Part shown: positions 58,201 to 64,000 of the stretch, piece after piece
How the letters are laid out: each line of letters opens with the position of its first letter
How positions within the stretch are numbered: the first letter of the stretch is position 1
Source: Candidatus Poribacteria bacterium
GTDB lineage: Bacteria > Poribacteria > WGA-4E > WGA-3G
Length of the DNA stretch: 64,000 bases
Assembly: GCA_963665235.2 (NCBI GenBank)
Contig: CAXXLX010000001.1
Span: 384,001-448,000 of the forward strand
Reading direction: 5' to 3'
The notes under the pieces: generated by a model
What the model was told of the DNA's origin: nothing
Databases searched by the model: none
Seen by the model: only the letters and a program-made list of their open reading frames with translations
Program-made: the position numbers and the translations under genes

Positions 58201-59379
58201 ATGATTCAATTTTTTTATGAACTCTTACAAAAACAGAAGCGGTGGGTTATCGGATTAATGAGCGGGACATCCGTCGACGGCATAGATGTTGGGCTTGTTG
58301 AGATAACCGGGGCAGGACTTGACACAGAGATAGACCTGATAACATTTGAAACGGTGCCGTATTCGCCAGATATCCGCGCGAGGATATTTTCGCTTTTCGA
58401 TGCAGAAACGGCGCGGGTAGATGAAATCTGTACGATGAATTTCGTGTTAGGCAGATTGTTTGCAGACAGCGTTAAGACGGTGTTGAAAAAAGCGGGCATC
58501 GCCACGACACAGGTCGACCTGATTGGGTCGCATGGGCAAACAATTCAGCATCTGCCTTCAGGCACCCCACGTTCAACATTGCAGATTGGGGAGCCTGCCG
58601 TAATTGCACATGAGACAGGAATTCCAACGGTGGCGGATTTTCGGGTGGCGGATGTCGCAGCCGGTGGGGAGGGCGCGCCGCTAGTCGCATACCCCGACTA
58701 TTTGCTATTTCGTCATCCCACCGAAACGATTGGACTTCTGAATATAGGCGGTATCGCTAACCTGACAGTGCTACCAGCAGGCTGCAGTGTGGCAGAGGTG
58801 GTCGCTTCCGATACAGGCCCCGGCAACATGCTTATAGATACATGCATCTCAACAATCACAGACGGTAAGAAGCGGTTTGATGAAGATGGCGCGCTGGCTC
58901 GGCAAGGTACAGTTTGTGAAACCCTCCTAAAGACGTGGATGGCACACCCCTTTTTGGCAATAAAGCCACCGAAGACAACCGGCAGGGAGATGTTCGGCGC
59001 GGTCTTTGCAGAAACGTGTTTGCAACAGATACAGACACACGGCATTTCAGAACGCGATGGACTTGCAACACTAACCGCCTTGACAGTTGAAAGTATAGCA
59101 CACTATTATCAAGAGTTTGTGGCGAAGGGTAGTCCAATGGACATTCTGTATGTAAGCGGCGGCGGTGCACAAAATACGTTGATGATGGAGTGGCTCGCCG
59201 AAGCATTCGCACCTGTACCAGTCGTTGATGTTACAGAAAAGGGAATTTCGGGAGATGCAAAAGAGGCAATCGCGTTTGCCATTCTTGCGAACGAAGCGGT
59301 GCATGGCAATTTTAGCAACGTTCCGAATGCAACTGGTGCCTCTGAATTCAAGGTCTTAGGTAAGTTTATTTTGCCGTAG
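58201..59379 (+). CDS. anmK: Anhydro-N-acetylmuramic acid kinase
   Basis: GLMSGTSVDG, GSHGQT, GGEGAPL, NIGGIAN, DTGPGN and KEAIAFA motifs. Confidence 0.95.
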   Translation: MIQFFYELLQKQKRWVIGLMSGTSVDGIDVGLVEITGAGLDTEIDLITFETVPYSPDIRARIFSLFDAETARVDEICTMNFVLGRLFADSVKTVLKKAGIATTQVDLIGSHGQTIQHLPSGTPRSTLQIGEPAVIAHETGIPTVADFRVADVAAGGEGAPLVAYPDYLLFRHPTETIGLLNIGGIANLTVLPAGCSVAEVVASDTGPGNMLIDTCISTITDGKKRFDEDGALARQGTVCETLLKTWMAHPFLAIKPPKTTGREMFGAVFAETCLQQIQTHGISERDGLATLTALTVESIAHYYQEFVAKGSPMDILYVSGGGAQNTLMMEWLAEAFAPVPVVDVTEKGISGDAKEAIAFAILANEAVHGNFSNVPNATGASEFKVLGKFILP

Positions 59380-59465
59380 TTTAGACACTATCTGTGAGAC
59401 AGATGCCCAATTTGAAAAGCATCGCTCATTTTGCCAATTGCCAATCGCCAATTACTAATTGCCAA

Positions 59466-60476
59466 CTAAAATTGCATTCTGGCGGAGATGCGGTTTGCTG
59501 TGCCGAGGTCCGGGTGTTGCTGATAGGCGTAGTCAACGTGGAAAGCAGTGCCCGTGATGAATCGGAGCTGGAGCCCCGCCCCGGCCGTGAAGTGATGGGT
59601 GCGGTTAAGTGCCCCGTTGCGTCCCTCAAGTCCGCAGCGTAAGGAGAGTAGGTCGAAAAGTGTCCATTCCGCGCCCGTGTGGAGTTCATAAGCGTTGCGT
59701 GTATCTACATCCGCCGTGAGGGTGAGTCTGCTATTGAAGATATGGAGTTTTTGATATGCAGCGAGTCCGATTTTGAGTCGCGGCGGTATCGTTTCTGTAT
59801 GTGGTGTTTCATTTTCAGTCACTGGGGGTACGTTCCAATAGAGTTTCGTTGTGAAAAAATCGGTTGCGACAATTCCGAGGGTGATAGCAGTGGATTTGTC
59901 TTGTGGCGTTGTAGCGATGAGTCCGATGTCACTTCCACCGCCGATGGCATTTGTGTTGCTATACGCGGTGATGTATAGGAGTTTTAGGGTTGCACCGATG
60001 TGGACAGAGATGTTCCGAGGTAAGGTAATGAGATGCCGCGCCCCGCTGAGTAGGAACGCGTTATTTGTGTTGCTGAAGGTGTCTGTGACGCGGGGACGAT
60101 TTGTCGGACCGACCGGTTTATTTGCGACAGGAAGACGGGTGATAGGGATGTCGTCGATGCCGACGCGTAACCAACTGATGCCCATTGTAGTTTTAGAAGT
60201 GATAGGGTGACTATAACATGCAATGTTGTATGCCGCAAGGTCAGCCAATGTTGCATGCATCAGGTTAACTTCACGTGTGCGCGATTGCGTGAGCCCTGCG
60301 GGGTTATAAAAGGGCGCGGTTGCATCGTTCGCGATTGCTGTGTAGGCGTTTCCCATGCCGAGTGGCCGCGCGCCTGTTGGGTACGTAAGAAAGTCCGCGG
60401 TATAGGATTCCGGTAGTGCGCTTTCTACCGCTGTCATCGTTAGAATGAGTATCAGAACAATCGTTATCTTCTTCAT
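59466..60476 (-). CDS. PorV/PorQ-family outer-membrane beta-barrel
   Basis: Signal peptide, FL..PTGARPLGMGNA..FYNPAGL, and C-terminal DYAY..DLG..RIS..F. Confidence 0.82.
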   Translation of the reverse strand: MKKITIVLILILTMTAVESALPESYTADFLTYPTGARPLGMGNAYTAIANDATAPFYNPAGLTQSRTREVNLMHATLADLAAYNIACYSHPITSKTTMGISWLRVGIDDIPITRLPVANKPVGPTNRPRVTDTFSNTNNAFLLSGARHLITLPRNISVHIGATLKLLYITAYSNTNAIGGGSDIGLIATTPQDKSTAITLGIVATDFFTTKLYWNVPPVTENETPHTETIPPRLKIGLAAYQKLHIFNSRLTLTADVDTRNAYELHTGAEWTLFDLLSLRCGLEGRNGALNRTHHFTAGAGLQLRFITGTAFHVDYAYQQHPDLGTANRISARMQF

Positions 60477-60540
60477 ACTTTCTCTTTTCTCCACATCGTA
60501 GGGGCGAGGTCCCCTCGCCCGCTAGGTTTCCCTATTATTT

Positions 60541-60665
60541 GGAAGCTGTTGGAAACCTATGGCAGATGGCAAGAGGCAGAGCCCTCTTTTCTTTCTTATA
60601 TTTCTTGCTAATTGCCAATCGCTAATTGCTAATCGCCAATGAGCCAATCGCCAATCGCCAACAGC
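60541..60665. repeat. Diverged heptamer-ended repeat
   Basis: GGAAACCTATGG plus runs of GCCAATC/GCTAATT; a similar heptamer run lies at 59430-59466. Confidence 0.6.
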
Positions 60666-60890
60666 TATTTCAATTTCATCATCTTGAGGATGTGCGTTTG
60701 GTCTCCTTCGCCTTCGAATCTTCTGATATTTCCTTGCGGTTCGTTAAGGACATAAGTCAAAAAAAGTTCTCTTGCGTATATCCAGCCCGGCACGTTGTTT
60801 GGGCTTACAGTTTCGATATTCCTTACGGTTCAAATTATTTCAATTTCATCATCTTGAGGATGTGCGTTTGGTCTCCTTCGCCTTCAAATC
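60666..60890. repeat. 55-bp direct repeat duplicating the 3' end of the C25 gene
   Basis: 60666-60720 versus 60836-60890, one mismatch. Confidence 0.9.
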
Positions 60891-63800
60891 CTTTGACGTT
60901 AATTTTTCCGTAGTAGACCCCGTTTGCGACGGGGGTTCCGTTGCTATCTGCGCCATCCCATTTAAGCATGATAAACCCAGCCGGCGCGTCCGTTTCCAGT
61001 TCTCGGATGAGGCGGCCTGTCACAGTATAGATTTTGAGTGTGAGCGCGTCAGCGGGCTGTGTGAGTTCACAAGTGATTGTTGTCTCTTTTGGAAAAGGGT
61101 TCGGATAATTGAGCGGTGCCTGAAGTTGCCGTGTTCCATGCACACGGAAACTGATGTCGTTTTCAGCACTGTTTCCATCGAGGTCACTGGCAGTGAGACG
61201 GACTTGATACTCCCGCGGCTCTAATTTAGGGGACTGATATGTGAGTATAAGTTGTGTCGAGCCTTTGTGCTGTGTGAGTCGGTATTCGGTTTGTGGGATA
61301 GGCTCGAACGCACCAAACGTGCCTAATGAGAGTTGTATGGGGCGCGTGATATAGTCAATACCTCTTTCGTCTGTAAGTGTCGCTTGGATGAGAGGCGCAG
61401 CATCGACCGGGTCTCCGGATTTAAAGTGTTGCTGGTTACCGATTGTGAGTTGTATCTCTGGAGGGAGCGTATCGTCACTCCGTAGACAGGTAAGCGTGCC
61501 TGTAAAGGCTGTTGTTCCTGTAATCGTTCCAACCGTTGCCGTTTTAAATAGAAACCTGTCACCTGCGACGAAGGGTTTTGTGCCTTGTGTGATGTGCAGT
61601 GTCAAGCCGTATTCAGGATATGTAAAAGTTTCTCCGACCGTTCCGTATATAGGTGTCTCGTCCGCTGTTTTTAGAGTGCCAGTTTTTTTCCCCTCAATTT
61701 GGAATTCGGTATTGTTAACAAAGAGAAGCAGCCATTCGTCTATCGGCATCCCTGTCCTTTGGTCGAGTGTCAAGTATCGCATCGCGCCATTCCCTGCGTT
61801 TTGGTTTTTAAAAGACGCAGCGTAGATTTGATATTTGACAGGTGCATTCGGGGTTTCATCAGGTATTTCAAACTGGGCAATACGAAAATGGAAGATGTCA
61901 CCGAACTGAAAAGGCGTTTCGCCGGGTCTGATGTCGAGCGTCCATCCATATTCCATTTCGGATTGTCCGAAACGTACGGATGGAAGTGCTTGCTGCGTTG
62001 CGATTTGTTGTAAGGGGCTGCCTTTTGGGGCATCTTCCGGCCTGAAGAGGACTCTATAGGTGTATTCCGTTTCGAAAAGGATTGTCCAGTGACCTATTTC
62101 TGCTCCATCGGGGTCGATAAGGACATCTGTGAGGCGGCTGTCGCTTATGTTATCGACGCGGATTTGGGTAACCCGTGTTGTTGTCTGAATGTCGCCATTG
62201 GGTGTTTCCTTAAGCGTTGTAGGGAGTTTAACCCAGTTGGCAAGGGAGGCTAGATAGAGGTACGCGCCAATGCTGCGTGTGTGTGCTACTATCCCCGCGG
62301 TGATATTTTCTTCAGGAATAATCGTCCCGACGGGGTCTACAATCACGGTGTCTGATTCATCACCACCAAGGTGTTCCTGGACGACCTGCTGTCGGATGGT
62401 TTCCATATCGAAATCAAGTTCGAAGGTGACAGCGGTCGGAAGTGTGTCAGCACCGCTATCCACTTGCAATTTGTAACCGGTGATAGCTGTGTAGGTCGAG
62501 TTGCCTGTAGGAGCGAGCTGTGCTCGCGACCGTCCGCCAGGCAAAACTACGGGTGAGAGAAGTGCTGTGCCAGCGGTGTTAGCGGGTAATCCGTTAGCGG
62601 GTAGATTCGGGTTCTGCTCCCATGTCCCATCCGCTAGCGGGGCGGATATTGTGGAAGCGATGGGCTGCACAGTAAGAACAGCGGGACGTTGTGCGCCTAT
62701 CGCTACAGCAGGCACTCGGAGCCGGAGCCCGCCATCGAGACTATCAATTTGTGTTGGCACCTCACCGATGTGTTGGCTAGCGACAGTTAATTGCCTGTAA
62801 CCTATATTATCTGTTTCGTCATTTTCGAGGAGGGCTCCGGGCGTGTCAGCTGTGTTGAAGATAGGGTCGACGTAAACGAACACGTCATAGGTGCCGCCAC
62901 GCAATGCTATCGGTATAGATGCAGTTGCAATAGGGTTCGTGTTGAGTGGCTGCACGGTGTATGCGGTTGTTGTATCTACCAATGGATTTCCGGCTGTCCA
63001 ATCGTCGGCGGTGAGTTGTATTTCTCCTATCAGGTGTGCGTCCGTATCTATGATAGCATCTTCGTCCTTATCGGGGTTACCGTGAAAGAACGCAACATTG
63101 ACAGAAGGCATAGCTGAATCCGTTTCATCATGCCCCGCCATTTCAATATCCGCTGAGAGATGCCACTGATAAGCAGCAGCGGATGCCCCGGGCGGGACAG
63201 ATTTGAGCGTATAATAGATGTGTCCTGCCTTGGTGTCTCGATTGAAAACGACTGAGAGGTTCGGGTATAGGTATGGATAAAATTTATGGATGTCGCTTAT
63301 GACAGTGTGTCCATCTGTATCGGTGACCTGAATTTCATATCGGAAGGCGCGTCCATCTGTTGGAACAGGTAGCGGCTCCCGCAAGTGCCACCATCTTGCA
63401 CCGGTATCGCTAACTGTTTCAACGGGCTGGAGCGATACTTTTTCCCAAGTGTGAGTTTTCGGATTCCGCCACTCTACCTCGACAGTGCTGATTAGGTTTT
63501 TATCATCGGAGACCTGTACAGCGAGTGTGAGCGTGTCTTTGGAAACTAATTCGGGACGGATATCCAGTATTTTGGGGACGTTGACAGTGAATCCATCCCC
63601 GCCGACAGCGATTTCGGTAGCATTTTCACCGTAGTATTCTACGTGTGCATCGCCGGGAGAGATATTGTGCGGAACAGCAATATCAACAGCCGGATAGCTC
63701 CCTTGCCTCACGGCGACTGTCTTTGTGACGAGCACATCTCCGGTGTAAAATTCCTTGGGTACCCCTGTTTTATCTATCCCGGTGGCGTGTTTTCCGGGGA

Positions 63801-64000
63801 AAACGGCTTTGACAGTGAGGTCTCCATTGAAATGTGTATTGCGTTTGAAAACCTTCCGTTTCGCTATGGGGTCATACCTGACGTTCTGAATGAAGCCTGG
63901 GGCGATTTTGAGGGTGTCCCCGGCTTTGACAGTTTTGGTTCTGATTTCGGGGCGGATTTCGTAATCTGCCATGGCGATACGCATCGCGGGGTCACCGAAA
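60835..64000 (-). CDS. C25/PorU-like protein, C-terminal part (Ig-like domains and FlgD/T9SS-type CTD); starts beyond the right edge
   Basis: The frame stays open to the edge and reads FGDPAM (end of a C25 catalytic domain). The C-terminus is NYPNPF..KIYTVTGRLIR..WDG..NGVYY..KMMKLK. Confidence 0.78.
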   Translation of the reverse strand, partial: FGDPAMRIAMADYEIRPEIRTKTVKAGDTLKIAPGFIQNVRYDPIAKRKVFKRNTHFNGDLTVKAVFPGKHATGIDKTGVPKEFYTGDVLVTKTVAVRQGSYPAVDIAVPHNISPGDAHVEYYGENATEIAVGGDGFTVNVPKILDIRPELVSKDTLTLAVQVSDDKNLISTVEVEWRNPKTHTWEKVSLQPVETVSDTGARWWHLREPLPVPTDGRAFRYEIQVTDTDGHTVISDIHKFYPYLYPNLSVVFNRDTKAGHIYYTLKSVPPGASAAAYQWHLSADIEMAGHDETDSAMPSVNVAFFHGNPDKDEDAIIDTDAHLIGEIQLTADDWTAGNPLVDTTTAYTVQPLNTNPIATASIPIALRGGTYDVFVYVDPIFNTADTPGALLENDETDNIGYRQLTVASQHIGEVPTQIDSLDGGLRLRVPAVAIGAQRPAVLTVQPIASTISAPLADGTWEQNPNLPANGLPANTAGTALLSPVVLPGGRSRAQLAPTGNSTYTAITGYKLQVDSGADTLPTAVTFELDFDMETIRQQVVQEHLGGDESDTVIVDPVGTIIPEENITAGIVAHTRSIGAYLYLASLANWVKLPTTLKETPNGDIQTTTRVTQIRVDNISDSRLTDVLIDPDGAEIGHWTILFETEYTYRVLFRPEDAPKGSPLQQIATQQALPSVRFGQSEMEYGWTLDIRPGETPFQFGDIFHFRIAQFEIPDETPNAPVKYQIYAASFKNQNAGNGAMRYLTLDQRTGMPIDEWLLLFVNNTEFQIEGKKTGTLKTADETPIYGTVGETFTYPEYGLTLHITQGTKPFVAGDRFLFKTATVGTITGTTAFTGTLTCLRSDDTLPPEIQLTIGNQQHFKSGDPVDAAPLIQATLTDERGIDYITRPIQLSLGTFGAFEPIPQTEYRLTQHKGSTQLILTYQSPKLEPREYQVRLTASDLDGNSAENDISFRVHGTRQLQAPLNYPNPFPKETTITCELTQPADALTLKIYTVTGRLIRELETDAPAGFIMLKWDGADSNGTPVANGVYYGKINVKGFEGEGDQTHILKMMKLK

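Noticed and set aside
60666-60890. DGR template/variable repeat pair
   Set aside because: Only 55 bp, with a single synonymous C/T difference on the coding strand and no reverse transcriptase in the window

Overview
Bacterial chromosomal window, probably Candidatus Poribacteria or a relative. This is inferred from the C-terminal 'WGxLK/WGxIK' tails, the 'LPEGAKARLGKG'-type WD40 protein, UBact and the repeat families; there is no rRNA to confirm it. The window is rich in proteolysis genes: tig-clpP-clpX-lon, ftsH, tricorn protease, a complete UBact-proteasome operon (arc-dop-ubact-prcB-prcA-pafA), and a C25 (gingipain/PorU-like) peptidase gene cut off at each edge. It also holds 7 tRNAs, obgE-proB-proA, nfo, mqnD, folP-acpS and a peptidoglycan-recycling trio (serine hydrolase, namZ, anmK). 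Accessory content includes a DUF1501/WD40/di-haem PPC cluster, two PorV-like genes, a UvrD helicase carrying a nested RecJ-like + DEDDh exonuclease insert, a tnpB pseudogene, a probable IscB-type remnant, orphan Rpn C-terminal modules, GTAG-REP elements (including an 11-unit tandem array) and a ~130-bp dispersed repeat. All calls come from reading motifs by eye; no database searches were run.
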